Below are positions 1-11,406 of a stretch of 64,000 bases of DNA, one piece after another (positions within the stretch are counted from its first letter, which is position 1; each line of letters begins with the position of its first letter). The translations under genes were made by a program, and so were the position numbers. This DNA comes from Planctomycetota bacterium (GTDB lineage Bacteria; Planctomycetota; B15-G4). The stretch lies in the NCBI GenBank assembly GCA_965248575.1, contig CBDFJQ010000002.1, forward strand, positions 3,008,001 through 3,072,000, in the 5' to 3' direction. The notes under the pieces were generated by a model that saw only the letters and a list, made by a program, of their open reading frames with translations, made no database searches and had not been told where the DNA came from.

Positions 1-202
1 TGATGAAGTAGGCGGGCGTCTTGCTGCTGCAGCCGATGCCCGAGGTCTTCACCACGTCGTAGGGGTTCACCGCCGACTGATAGGACGCCTCGATGATGTG
101 GCGCGTGATCTGGTCATGGCCGCAACCGACACAGAGGGTGGACTTGCCGCCCGCGTAGTCCGTCTTTGCAAGACCGATGTGGTTCGTCTTCACTTCAGGC
201 AT
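1..202 (-). CDS. 2-oxoacid:ferredoxin oxidoreductase beta subunit, N-terminal part (runs off window start)
   Basis: Manual translation gives MPEVKTNHIGLAKTDYAGGKSTLCVGCGHDQI...SGIGCSSKTPAYF, with the CxGCG and SGIGCS motifs. The start overlaps the stop of the alpha subunit. Confidence 0.85.
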   Translation of the reverse strand, partial: MPEVKTNHIGLAKTDYAGGKSTLCVGCGHDQITRHIIEASYQSAVNPYDVVKTSGIGCSSKTPAYFI

Positions 203-2006
203 GGGCCACTTCTTTCACGCTCGACAGCACAGCGTCGATGATGGGCTGAGCGGACATGGGCATGCCGCCGTAGTAGAGGACCTTCTTGACCTTGGCAGCC
301 GAATCCGGCGCCTTCACGCAGAGCAGATCGGCCATCTGGCCGTCGCGGTTCTGTTCGGCGACGAAGATCGTCTTGCAGCTGCGCACGAACTCGTAGACCT
401 CATCGTGCAGCGGCACCGAGCGGATGCGCATGGAGCGCATGTTGATGCCTTGCTCCTTGAGATACTCGCGCGCCTCCGTCACGGCGTAGCGGGTGCTGCC
501 GTAATGGATGATGCCAATCTCGGCGTCGAGGTCGCCGGTCAGCGTGGGCTTGGGCGTGAAGGCGATGGCCCCCGCGATCTTGCGCTTCAGGCGGTCGACG
601 AGCTTGATGTACTCCTCGCCGCTCTCAGTGTAGTTGGCGTCTTCGTTGTGGCCCGAGCCACGGGTGAAGTACGGCGCCTTGGGGTGGCGCGTACCGGGCA
701 GCGTGCGGTAGGGCACGCCGTCGCCGTCCACGTCCTTGTAGCGGGCGAACTCCGCCACCTGCTCCAGGGCCTCGGCGTCGAGCACCTTTCCGCGATCGAA
801 GTCGTGGGTCGGATACGCGAGACGGTCGGACATGAGAAGGTTCATGCCCATGTCCAGATCGCTCATGACGAAGATGGGCGTCTGGAAGCGTTCGGCGTAG
901 TCGAAGGCGCGCTGGGAGAAGTCGTAGATCTCTTCGGCACCCGCGGGGATCAGCAGGATGTGCTCCGTGTCGCCGTGCGACAGGTAGTTGCACATGGAGA
1001 TGTCTCCCTGCTGGGTGCGCGTGGGCAAACCCGTGGACGGCCCCACGCGCTGGATGTCAAACACCACACCCGGCAGCTCGGCGAAGTAACCAAAGCCCGC
1101 GAACTCACCCATGAGGGAGATGCCGGGGCCTGAGGTGGCGGTCATGGACCGGGCGCCCGCCCAACCGGCGCCGAGCACCTGGCCCAGGCTGGCCAGCTCG
1201 TCCTCGGCCTGCACGGCGGCGAAGCGATGCTCGCCCGTGTCCTTGTCGATGCGGTACTTCTTGCAGAGGTCGATGAAGCCCTCGCACACGCTCGAGCTGG
1301 GCGTGATGGGGTACCAACCCACGAAGGTGCAACCACCCATCAAGCAACCCAAGGCCGCGGCCTGGTTGCCCTCGATGAGTATCTTGTTCTGGGTCTGGTC
1401 GCGGCTCTCGACCTTGTAGCGGAACTGCGACGCGTCGAAGTTCTCCTTCGCAAACTGCACGCCCGCCTGGACCACCTCACGGTTGAGGTTGACCACCTTC
1501 TCCTTGTTGGCGAACTGGTCGGCGATGACCTGATTGAGCACGTCATGGTCGAGGCCCAGCATCTCAGCCAGCACGCCGACATAGACCATGTTGGCCAACA
1601 GCTTGCGCAGGCGCACGTCGGGCGCGAAGTCCTTGGCCAACTTGGCGAAGGGCACCACGAACACGCTGATGTCGTCGCGCCCCGGGTTCTTGGCCTGGGG
1701 CAGCGCCTCGTCGATGAAGAGCATGCCGCCAGTGGCCAGGCTCTGGACGTCTTCCGCCGCGGTCTGCGCGTTGAGCGCCACCATCACTTCGACAGAACCG
1801 GAGCGCGCCAGATACTTCTTCTCGGAGACACGCACCAGGTACCAGGTCGGCAAGCCGGCGATGTTGCTGGGGAAGAGGTTCTTCGGCGAGACCATCACGC
1901 CCATGCGGAAGATGGACTTGGCCAGGATGGTGTTCGAGGAAGCACTTCCCGAACCGTTCACCGTGGCGACATTGATGGTGAATTCGTTGACGATAGTGGA
2001 GGACAT
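195..2006 (-). CDS. 2-oxoacid:acceptor oxidoreductase alpha subunit (gamma-alpha fusion)
   Basis: GWYPITPSS, QAEDELAS, TATSGPGISLM and QRVGPSTGLPTRTQQGD motifs. Confidence 0.92.
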   Translation of the reverse strand: MSSTIVNEFTINVATVNGSGSASSNTILAKSIFRMGVMVSPKNLFPSNIAGLPTWYLVRVSEKKYLARSGSVEVMVALNAQTAAEDVQSLATGGMLFIDEALPQAKNPGRDDISVFVVPFAKLAKDFAPDVRLRKLLANMVYVGVLAEMLGLDHDVLNQVIADQFANKEKVVNLNREVVQAGVQFAKENFDASQFRYKVESRDQTQNKILIEGNQAAALGCLMGGCTFVGWYPITPSSSVCEGFIDLCKKYRIDKDTGEHRFAAVQAEDELASLGQVLGAGWAGARSMTATSGPGISLMGEFAGFGYFAELPGVVFDIQRVGPSTGLPTRTQQGDISMCNYLSHGDTEHILLIPAGAEEIYDFSQRAFDYAERFQTPIFVMSDLDMGMNLLMSDRLAYPTHDFDRGKVLDAEALEQVAEFARYKDVDGDGVPYRTLPGTRHPKAPYFTRGSGHNEDANYTESGEEYIKLVDRLKRKIAGAIAFTPKPTLTGDLDAEIGIIHYGSTRYAVTEAREYLKEQGINMRSMRIRSVPLHDEVYEFVRSCKTIFVAEQNRDGQMADLLCVKAPDSAAKVKKVLYYGGMPMSAQPIIDAVLSSVKEVAHA

Positions 2007-2405
2007 CGGTCGACTACTGGGGGGAGTTCTGGGGGCAGCGATAGGGGACTGAGCCTGCGGCCGAGCTGCCGTCCGGGGCCGCGCGTACGCGCTGCAAACT
2101 CCTGTTCCCGTCGGGGAAACGCCCGGAGATCAGGGACGGCTGAATGGGGCAACAGGCTAGCAAAGCCCATCGGTCTGCGTGAATCCCACGGGCCCAGCAA
2201 AGTGCTTTCCTGGGGAGGCAATTTCGGTCCCGCCGCGCGGAGGCAACGCGCCCCAGCTTCGAGGGGCCAACGTCGGTAGACTCACCGGCCGCCCTCAACG
2301 GCCGCCGAGGGTTCCCGAACCCGCCGCCAGGCTGCGGCGAGCCCGCGCCCCATCCGACCAGCCCGCAGCCCCGCCCCTCCTTCTCAGTACTTCTCCGGAG
2401 CACCC

Positions 2406-2771
2406 GTGACCGACGACAAGATCGAGCGCTGGAAGACCTTTGTGGCCCAGCAGCCGGACAATCCCCTCCACAACTTCGCCCTGGCCGCGGCCTATCTGCA
2501 GGCCGGGGACCACGAGAACGGCGCCCAGGCCTATGCCCGCTGCCTGGAGCTGGACCCCAACTGGATGGTGGCGGCCATCAAGCGCGCCCGCTGCCTGGTG
2601 GAGCTGAAGCAGTGGGAGCCGGCCCGGGCGGCCCTGGATCTGGGGGCCCGCCTGGCCACGGAGCAGGACCACGAGGAGCCCTTCGAGGAGATCCGCGAGC
2701 TCCGGGATCAGTTCCCTGGGGACAGCGGCGGCTCTGATACACCCAGCTCCTCCGACCCGCAGGGCGCATGA
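2406..2771 (+). CDS. small tetratricopeptide-repeat protein
   Basis: TPR-like pattern (FALAAAY...AYARCLELDPNW); GGAG precedes the GTG start; overlaps rsmG start. Confidence 0.7.
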   Translation: MTDDKIERWKTFVAQQPDNPLHNFALAAAYLQAGDHENGAQAYARCLELDPNWMVAAIKRARCLVELKQWEPARAALDLGARLATEQDHEEPFEEIRELRDQFPGDSGGSDTPSSSDPQGA

Positions 2772-3514
2772 GCACTCCCCCAGCCAACGAGGGCGGCGAG
2801 AGCAGCGGGCGGGCCGTGGACGACTCCACTGTGGAGGAGTTTGAAGACCTGGTGCTCCAGCACCTCGACCCCCACCTTCAAGAGGCGCACTGCGAGGGCA
2901 ATCCCGAGCTGGCTCTGGACCTGGCGCAGTTCTGCAGCACGCTGCGCGAGGCCAACCGCGCCATCAACCTGACGGGCATCGCCGACGCCGAGGGCATGGC
3001 AATTCGTCACTGCCTGGACAGCGTGGTGGCCCTGCCGTTCCTGGTGCCGGCCCTGGACGAGGCTGCGAGCCCGCCACCGCTGGTGGACATCGGTTCAGGT
3101 TGCGGGGTACCAGGCATCCCGTTGGCGTTGGCGCGCCCGGACCTGCCGGTGGTGTTGATCGAGTCGCGCAAGCGCAAGGCCGCCGCCATCGACGAGATGG
3201 TGCAGAGCATGGGGCTCGGCCCGCGGGTGCAGCTCGTGCACGCCCGGGCGGAGGCTTGGCTCGCAGACAACGACGCAGGGACCTTGGTCACTCGCGCCGT
3301 AGGTCCGGTGCGCACGCAGCTGGAGTTGTTCGGCCCGCTGCGCAAGCGTTACCGGCGACTCGTGATGCTCAAGGGACCGGGCGTGGACGAGGAGCTGAAG
3401 GAGGCGGCGAAGACGCGCCACAAACACAAGTTCCCGGAACCGGAACGACACGAGGTGATGTTGCCGGGTGAGGCGGGGAAGCGGGTGGTGTTGGTGTTTG
3501 CTGGGGGGCGTTAG
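2768..3514 (+). CDS. rsmG: 16S rRNA m7G527 methyltransferase
   Basis: INLTGI, RHCLDS, VDIGSGCGVPGIPLA, ESRKRKA, RAE, TRAV and LKG motifs. Confidence 0.9.
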   Translation: MSTPPANEGGESSGRAVDDSTVEEFEDLVLQHLDPHLQEAHCEGNPELALDLAQFCSTLREANRAINLTGIADAEGMAIRHCLDSVVALPFLVPALDEAASPPPLVDIGSGCGVPGIPLALARPDLPVVLIESRKRKAAAIDEMVQSMGLGPRVQLVHARAEAWLADNDAGTLVTRAVGPVRTQLELFGPLRKRYRRLVMLKGPGVDEELKEAAKTRHKHKFPEPERHEVMLPGEAGKRVVLVFAGGR

Positions 3515-3582
3515 GGGGGGGCTAGAAGGATCGCGACTCCCTGATCAGCCAACCAGAATGCGCGGCCGCGCCCTGCACCCCG

Positions 3583-4992
3583 CTATCCGTCCGGCGAGCG
3601 ATCCTCACGCCAGGTCCGATGCTCGCTGGGCCGCAGGAACAACGGCATCCACGGCAGGATCAAGCGCAGCATCGACCAACCCACCGTGATGCCCAGCACC
3701 GGGAACCAAATCGAGAAGCCGCCCACCCACTCGGGCTCGGGCTGGCCCAAGTAACGAGTGACACCCGTCGCCAGGCCGCGCACCAAGAGCAGCAGCACCA
3801 AACCCACCATGCCGAGGTTGAGCCAGCGCAAGGCGTGGCGCGCCGCGGGTCCGTCCACCAGCGCCTCGAGCACTTCACGTTTGGGAAACAGGTCGCTCAA
3901 CACGGCAGCGAAGACTCCCAGCAGGATGTAGCTGTCGATGGCGATCTCCGAACCCATGGCGTGGGCCATGACCACGTGAGTGCCATGTATCAGCGCGTTC
4001 AGGGGGGGGACGGAGATGAGCAGCGCCAGAGTCAGCAGGCACAGGTTCCAGGTCTTGCTCAGACCGAACAGGCGCTCGGTCAGGCTGGGCTGCGCCTCGT
4101 GCAGGCGACGCTCCTTGGCCATGGCCGACGTGACCTCCCGGAAGACGATCACCAGGATGATGATCTCCAACATGCTCACCACGAAGGCCACCCACTTGAT
4201 GACATGCGATTGGGGCAGGTGGTAGGTGTGGTGCGCATAGTTGGTGAAGGAGTTGAGCAGGCCGATGCCGAACAGCGCGAAGGCGGCCCTGGACTGGGCC
4301 GGCCGCTTGTCACCGGACTTGCGCTCGCCGATGTACATGAGCGATCCGTAGACCATCTGGTTGAAGGCGGCCACCAGGGTGCCGCAGGACTTCCATTGGA
4401 TCTGCAGGTCGACCACTGGGTGCTCGCGCACGCCGGGCAACAACCAGGCGTGCCCCTCGGCGAAGGTCCACAAAAAGTAGAGGACGCCCACGGCCCACAT
4501 GTAGACATAAGCCGGGCGCTGCCAAAAACCATGCCGCACCCGAGCGAAGAAGGTCCACGCGAAGAGGACCCAGCCCGCCGCGATGAGCGCGGAGATGAGC
4601 GGGTGGAAGCCGAGGTACTCGCGGCCCGTGGTGATCCCCAGGGGCAGCGTGATCAGGGCACCCAGGCCCGCTGCGCCCCAGAGCAGCATCTGCACCCGGA
4701 AGCGCCGGCGCTCGGCGACGCTGGGCTCCCCGCTCTCCTGGTAGAGGAAGCGCACCACGCAGGCGACGGCACCCAGGAAGATCCATGAGGAGGCGAAGGT
4801 GGTGTGCAGCGGCCGCAGCTGCGCCAGGCTGAGCCCCACGCTTTGCATGCGCATCGCGACGGGTTGGATGTAGGTCAGCGCCCCCACCGCGCCGAACACC
4901 ACGGACAGCAAGGCGCACAGGAGCGCGCAACCCATGAGCAGCAGGACCGCCCGTTCGCCGTGACTGGGCGCGGGGTTCGCGGGCTTGCTCAT
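3583..4992 (-). CDS. divergent NorB-like heme-copper oxidase superfamily subunit I (~469 aa; start MSKPANP)
   Basis: Polytopic membrane protein with RPLH, GREY, AHHTYH, SMLE and NALIHGTHVVMAHAM matching the NorB layout. The ATG at 4992 overlaps the upstream cytochrome stop. Confidence 0.8.
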   Translation of the reverse strand: MSKPANPAPSHGERAVLLLMGCALLCALLSVVFGAVGALTYIQPVAMRMQSVGLSLAQLRPLHTTFASSWIFLGAVACVVRFLYQESGEPSVAERRRFRVQMLLWGAAGLGALITLPLGITTGREYLGFHPLISALIAAGWVLFAWTFFARVRHGFWQRPAYVYMWAVGVLYFLWTFAEGHAWLLPGVREHPVVDLQIQWKSCGTLVAAFNQMVYGSLMYIGERKSGDKRPAQSRAAFALFGIGLLNSFTNYAHHTYHLPQSHVIKWVAFVVSMLEIIILVIVFREVTSAMAKERRLHEAQPSLTERLFGLSKTWNLCLLTLALLISVPPLNALIHGTHVVMAHAMGSEIAIDSYILLGVFAAVLSDLFPKREVLEALVDGPAARHALRWLNLGMVGLVLLLLVRGLATGVTRYLGQPEPEWVGGFSIWFPVLGITVGWSMLRLILPWMPLFLRPSEHRTWREDRSPDG

Positions 4993-5816
4993 GGCTGCTC
5001 CAACCGCGGGTACTCGAACCAGGGCAGGTCGAAGAGCGCGCCCTCGGCGGCCTGGGCCGCCCGCGCGAAGGATGCGTCCACAGCCGCGCCGTGGCGCTCG
5101 AGACGCGCGAGCGCAGCGTGCACGGCGTCCGTCTCGGCCTGCGTGAAGGGAAAGGGCGGCATCTGCTTGCCTGGAACTCCCGCCGCGAAGATCGCCGCCA
5201 GGCCGTCTCGCCCGTGCTTGCTCGCCGCCAGCGCCAGGTCCGGCGCACGGTAAGCACTCGCGCGGTTGGGCAGGTGGCAATCGATGCAGTTCTTCGACAG
5301 CAGCAGCTCCAGGCCTTGCTCTTCCAGGGGGCTGGGGGGCTCGTCGCCCGCCTCCCGGAACGTGCTGTCCAGCAACTCTCGCGGCGCCACCACCTCCGCC
5401 GCGCGCGCCTGGCCCTCGCCGGTGAGGTTCAGCTCCTCGAAGAAGGCCGCCAGGGCGCCGCGATCCTCGGCCCCCAACTCGAAGGCTGGCATCATCTCGG
5501 AACCCTCGGTCAACACCGCCTGCAGACGCTCGTCGGTGAGGCGTCGTGCGGCGTTGGTCAGGTCGGGCCCGAGGAAACCGCCGAAGCCGTAAAGCTGGTG
5601 ACAGCTCTGGCAGTTGTGCTCATGCCAGATCGCCTGCCCCTGGGAGGCGTGCTCCGACAGAGGCGGCCCTTCGCGCCCGGCTGGGTCCGTGTAGACCAGC
5701 CAGGTCTGGACGAGGAAGGCGCCCACCAACGCGAACATCAAGACCTTGCGAGGGCCCGGGTCGGGGCCCGCGCCCTGCGCCCCAGCTACAGGCCCGGCTC
5801 CGGTTGCGGCCGCCAC
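4989..5816 (-). CDS. NorC-like membrane-anchored diheme cytochrome c
   Basis: N-terminal TM helix; GQAIWHEHNCQSCHQLYGFGGFLGPDLT...MMPAF (NorC-like); second CIDCH...QMPPF domain. Confidence 0.85.
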   Translation of the reverse strand: MAAATGAGPVAGAQGAGPDPGPRKVLMFALVGAFLVQTWLVYTDPAGREGPPLSEHASQGQAIWHEHNCQSCHQLYGFGGFLGPDLTNAARRLTDERLQAVLTEGSEMMPAFELGAEDRGALAAFFEELNLTGEGQARAAEVVAPRELLDSTFREAGDEPPSPLEEQGLELLLSKNCIDCHLPNRASAYRAPDLALAASKHGRDGLAAIFAAGVPGKQMPPFPFTQAETDAVHAALARLERHGAAVDASFARAAQAAEGALFDLPWFEYPRLEQP

Positions 5817-5819
5817 GCC

Positions 5820-7616
5820 TCAGGCCTCCGAGGGGAAGAGGTCGGGTTCGCGGTCGCTGTCCAGGCTCAAGAGGTGGTCCAGCGAGAGGGGGCCGGAGCC
5901 GCGCCAGACCAGCAGCATCAGCGAGAAGAACACGAAGAAGGTGAACTGGAAGTCCAGGTTGGACCCGATCAAGCTCTCCGCCGCATTGCCCAGAAGGTGC
6001 ACGATCACGGCGCCGAACATGATCACGGCGTTGGCGAAGGCCGCGAGACGGGTGACGAAACCCAACGCCAGGCTCGCGCCTCCGATCACATGGGCGAAGA
6101 CCACCGACCAGGCGATCATCGTCTGTTCCTGCCCGAGCCCTTCGCCGAGCGTCGCCTCCAGCTCCGACATGTTCGTGATGAAGTAGATGCCCTTGATCAC
6201 CAGCGCGATGCCTAGATAGATGCGCAGCGCGTCCATGGGGCGCACGTGCTTGAGGCCCGGGATGAGGTCCTTGAAAGGCTTGCGGTCAGCGCGCGTCTTG
6301 CGTCTCTCCGCCATGGCCGCGGCGTGCTCCTTGGCCACGGCTTTCTCTTCGGCCGGCGAGAAGGTCACCGCCAGCGTAAAGGCTGAAGCCAGGGTCACCA
6401 ACCCGCCCAGGATGAGCAGCGCCTGGGGATAGGTGATGCTCTCGGAACGAATCAGGAAGCCTGCCGCCACGGCGCCCATGTTGCCGCCCGCGCCCACGAT
6501 GCCCGCCACCGCACCCAAGGCTTTCTTGTTGATGAAAGGCACGATGGAGTAGGTCGCCCCCTCGGACATCTGCACGAAGAGGCTGAAGACGATCATCATG
6601 GGGATGGCCAGGGCGATCACCCGCATCTGCGAGAAGAACACCAACGCGATGCCCTCGATGAAAAGCGCGATGAACAACCAACGCACCCGGCCCTTGAGGC
6701 CGTGCTTCTGCACGAACTTGTCGCTCACGAAGCCGCCCAGGGTGCGGGCGAAGATGTTCATCAGCCCGAACAGACCCGCCACGAGCCCCGCCGTCTTCAA
6801 CCCCAGGTCGAAGTAATCCATGTAATACAGGGCAGCGATGTTGTTGATGGTCAGCTCGATGCCGAAGCAGGCGGCATAGATGAAGAACAGGGCCCAGACG
6901 CGCTTGTCCTTCAGAGCCAGGGCGAAAGCACCCTTGGTCTTCTCGACCTTGGGCAGCTCGCCGCGCTCCCGGAGCTCCTTGAAGTTGCCGTCCGGCAGGT
7001 CCGTCGTGAAGAAGTAATAGGCGATGCCGGTCAGCATGCAGACGCCACCCGCAACCACCATGGCCAGGCGCCAGCTGCTTTCGTCGCTGAAGCCGAAGGC
7101 CACGAAGGCCGCCATGATCAGGGGCATGATCATCTGCGTGACGCCGCCGCCCAGGTTGCCCCAGCCGGCGGAGGTGGCATTGGCCGTGCCCACGCAGTTG
7201 GGCGCGAACATCACCGAGGTGTGGTACTGCGTGATGACGAAGGACGCCCCGATGACGCCGATACCCAGCCGGAAGAACAGGAAGCTGGTGTAGTCCGTGG
7301 CCAGGCCGACGCCCATCACCGGCAAGCCGCCCGCAAGCAACAGGAAGGTGTAGGAGAGGCGCGGCCCGATGCGGTCGCAAAGCCAGCCGATGAACAGGCG
7401 GGCCACGATCGTGATGGAGACCGACGCGATGATGGTGTTGCCGACCTGCTCCTTCGTCAGCCCCAGCTCGTCGCGCACCACCGCCATCAGCGGTGCAATG
7501 CCGAACCAGGCGAAGAAGCACAAGAAGAAGGCGAACCACGACATGTGGAAGGCGCGCATGGGGCGCGTCTTCAGGGAGAACAGGTCGATGCTCGTGGCCT
7601 TGTTGCGGACGTCCAT
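5820..7616 (-). CDS. narK: NarK/NRT2-family nitrate transporter fused to a C-terminal DoxX-like membrane domain
   Basis: MRAFHMSWFAFFLCFFAWF, AGWGNLGGG and GIVGAGGNMG nitrate-transporter signatures; tail reads LRIYLGIALVIKG...GFVTRLAA...GSGPLSLDHLL. Confidence 0.85.
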   Translation of the reverse strand: MDVRNKATSIDLFSLKTRPMRAFHMSWFAFFLCFFAWFGIAPLMAVVRDELGLTKEQVGNTIIASVSITIVARLFIGWLCDRIGPRLSYTFLLLAGGLPVMGVGLATDYTSFLFFRLGIGVIGASFVITQYHTSVMFAPNCVGTANATSAGWGNLGGGVTQMIMPLIMAAFVAFGFSDESSWRLAMVVAGGVCMLTGIAYYFFTTDLPDGNFKELRERGELPKVEKTKGAFALALKDKRVWALFFIYAACFGIELTINNIAALYYMDYFDLGLKTAGLVAGLFGLMNIFARTLGGFVSDKFVQKHGLKGRVRWLFIALFIEGIALVFFSQMRVIALAIPMMIVFSLFVQMSEGATYSIVPFINKKALGAVAGIVGAGGNMGAVAAGFLIRSESITYPQALLILGGLVTLASAFTLAVTFSPAEEKAVAKEHAAAMAERRKTRADRKPFKDLIPGLKHVRPMDALRIYLGIALVIKGIYFITNMSELEATLGEGLGQEQTMIAWSVVFAHVIGGASLALGFVTRLAAFANAVIMFGAVIVHLLGNAAESLIGSNLDFQFTFFVFFSLMLLVWRGSGPLSLDHLLSLDSDREPDLFPSEA

Positions 7617-7697
7617 GGATTTCAGCCATTCCTGCGGGTCAGGGTTGTCTGTGGAAGCTGCGATGCTCCGGTCGCAGTCGCCTTTGTGTCGTGTGTG

Positions 7698-8894
7698 TCA
7701 GGGAGTGCGGTAGTTGAGGCTGTCGGCGAGGTGGGGGTGGTCGTCGGCCACGGCCGGTGCGCGCGGGCAGGCCGCGTCCGCGAGCAGGAAGAACAGCGCC
7801 ACGGCACCCAGCACCGGCGCGATCTCCCAGAGGCCCAGCACGGGCGTCGCGCCCATGAGCGGAGGGCCGACCTGAACGTAGAGTTCCAGCGCGTGCCCGA
7901 GCAGGACGCAGACGGCGACCCGGGCCAGGACCTTGCGCTGGCGACACAGGGTGCGCGGCAACAGCACCAGGAAGGGCACGGCCCACTTCACGATCAGCGT
8001 CGCCTGGACCAGCAACCACCACGGCCCCTCTTTCCGCGACGCGTAGTGCACCGTCTCTTCGGGCATGTCCGTGTACCAGATGAGCATGTACTGGCAGTAC
8101 CAGCAGAAGGACCACAGCAGCGTCAGCGAGAACAGGATCTTGCCCGCGTCGTGCAGGTGCTCCTCGCGCAGCGGCCGGCCCAGGGTCCCCAGGCGTTCAT
8201 GGCGCAACATGAGCAGGATGGCGGCGGCCATGCCCGCGGCGGCCAACCCCGAGAAGTGCATCAGGGGGAACATGGTGCTGAACCAGTGCGGCTCCAAGGA
8301 CATGAGCCAATCGATGCTGGCTACCGAGAAGCTGATGGCGACCACGGCAATGAAGGCCGCCGACCAACGCAGACGTCTGATCTCCAGCTGCTCGTTCGGT
8401 TCCTGCGCGTACAGGGCGGACAACACCCTCAGCCGACGGGCGAAGACGATCCACAGCAGGAAGGCCCCCACCAGGCGTAGCGAGAAGCCCGCGCTGTTCA
8501 GGTAGACAGCCTTGTCCGCGAGCAGCACGTCGTGTTCCACAACCGCGGCGTGCGACCACTCGTAGAGGCTGTGCAAGCCGAGCAGCAGCACCAGGCCGAG
8601 TGCCCCCGCCACGGGCAACACCGTCGACATCGCGGCCGGAATGCGTTCCAGCTGGATGGACCAGCGCGCGCCGGACATGCGCAGGAAGGCCAGGAAGACG
8701 GGCCCCGCCAGGGCCAGTCCCGTGATGAAGACGAAGCCCATGAGGAAGCCGCCCCACGTCCGGCCCGGCTCGATGAACAGGCCCAGCAGTGTGATCAGAC
8801 CGGTCACGAGCACGATGGCCCGCAGGATCTGCGCCAGCTGGGAGCCTTCGCGCTGGGCAGGTCTCACGAGCAGCGGTACGTCCACGGTGGTCAT
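7698..8894 (-). CDS. actF: alternative complex III subunit ActF-like membrane protein
   Basis: LYEWSH, YLN..F..R, DWLMSLEPHWFSTMF and QYMLIWYTDMPEET motifs; position in the act cluster. Confidence 0.85.
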   Translation of the reverse strand: MTTVDVPLLVRPAQREGSQLAQILRAIVLVTGLITLLGLFIEPGRTWGGFLMGFVFITGLALAGPVFLAFLRMSGARWSIQLERIPAAMSTVLPVAGALGLVLLLGLHSLYEWSHAAVVEHDVLLADKAVYLNSAGFSLRLVGAFLLWIVFARRLRVLSALYAQEPNEQLEIRRLRWSAAFIAVVAISFSVASIDWLMSLEPHWFSTMFPLMHFSGLAAAGMAAAILLMLRHERLGTLGRPLREEHLHDAGKILFSLTLLWSFCWYCQYMLIWYTDMPEETVHYASRKEGPWWLLVQATLIVKWAVPFLVLLPRTLCRQRKVLARVAVCVLLGHALELYVQVGPPLMGATPVLGLWEIAPVLGAVALFFLLADAACPRAPAVADDHPHLADSLNYRTP

Positions 8895-9468
8895 CAGGGG
8901 CCCTCCTGCTGGAGGCCACGCACGTGCGAGATGACCTTCCAGCGATCCATGGGGTTCAGCTGCGCCGCATAGTTGGCCATGTTCCCCTGGCCACGGGTCA
9001 GCACGTGGAACATCTCGCCGTCGGCTATCTGCGTGGCGCGAGCAGCGTGCAGCGACGGGGGCGGCAACATGCCGCGATAGACCACGGGCCCCTCACCGTT
9101 GCCGCGCACGTCGTGGCAACTCATGCAGAAGATGCGGTAGAGCTCGGCGCCATCTCGACGCGCCGCCGGGTCATCGGGAGCGAGCGGGTTCGACAGTTCG
9201 CGCCCAGCGCGCGCCGACTCCTCTGGCCCCTCGCCGTAAGGGAAGGGCAGCTTCCCGCGCGGCACGACGCCCGCCACCAAAGGCTGCAGCGTCTTGCCGT
9301 CCTCGAACCAGGGGTTCGGAGTGAAGGCCTCGGAGGCGTGGCTGTAAGCCATCTCCGTGAAGATCTCGAAGTGGCGCTTGTCGGGGTCAGGGCGCAAGAC
9401 GGCCTGCAGCGCCACCAGCACGACGCAGAGACCCGCCGTCCAGACCAAGAAGACCACGCGGCTCGAGC

Positions 9469-9472
<4 letters not shown>
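8894..9472 (-). CDS. actE: alternative complex III ActE-like monoheme cytochrome c
   Basis: EMAYS, CMSCH, DGEMFHVLTRGQGNM and DRWKVI motifs. Confidence 0.85.

Positions 9473-11402
<1,930 letters not shown>

Positions 11403-11406
<4 letters not shown>

Noticed and set aside
3555..3568. Possible attR copy of the tRNA-Thr 3' end (agaatg...)
   Set aside because: Only ~6 bp match and no integrase; not significant
4993..5280. N-terminal extension of the 565-aa ORF called for the oxidase
   Set aside because: It overlaps the cytochrome c gene and is Arg/Pro-rich junk; the ATG at 4992 overlapping the upstream stop is the better start. The same logic was applied to narJ, folP, ftsH, bamD and queC.
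7658..7677. Hairpin CTGCGA-N8-TCGCAG between actF and narK as a terminator
   Set aside because: Short stem with no U-tract on the minus strand; too weak to call
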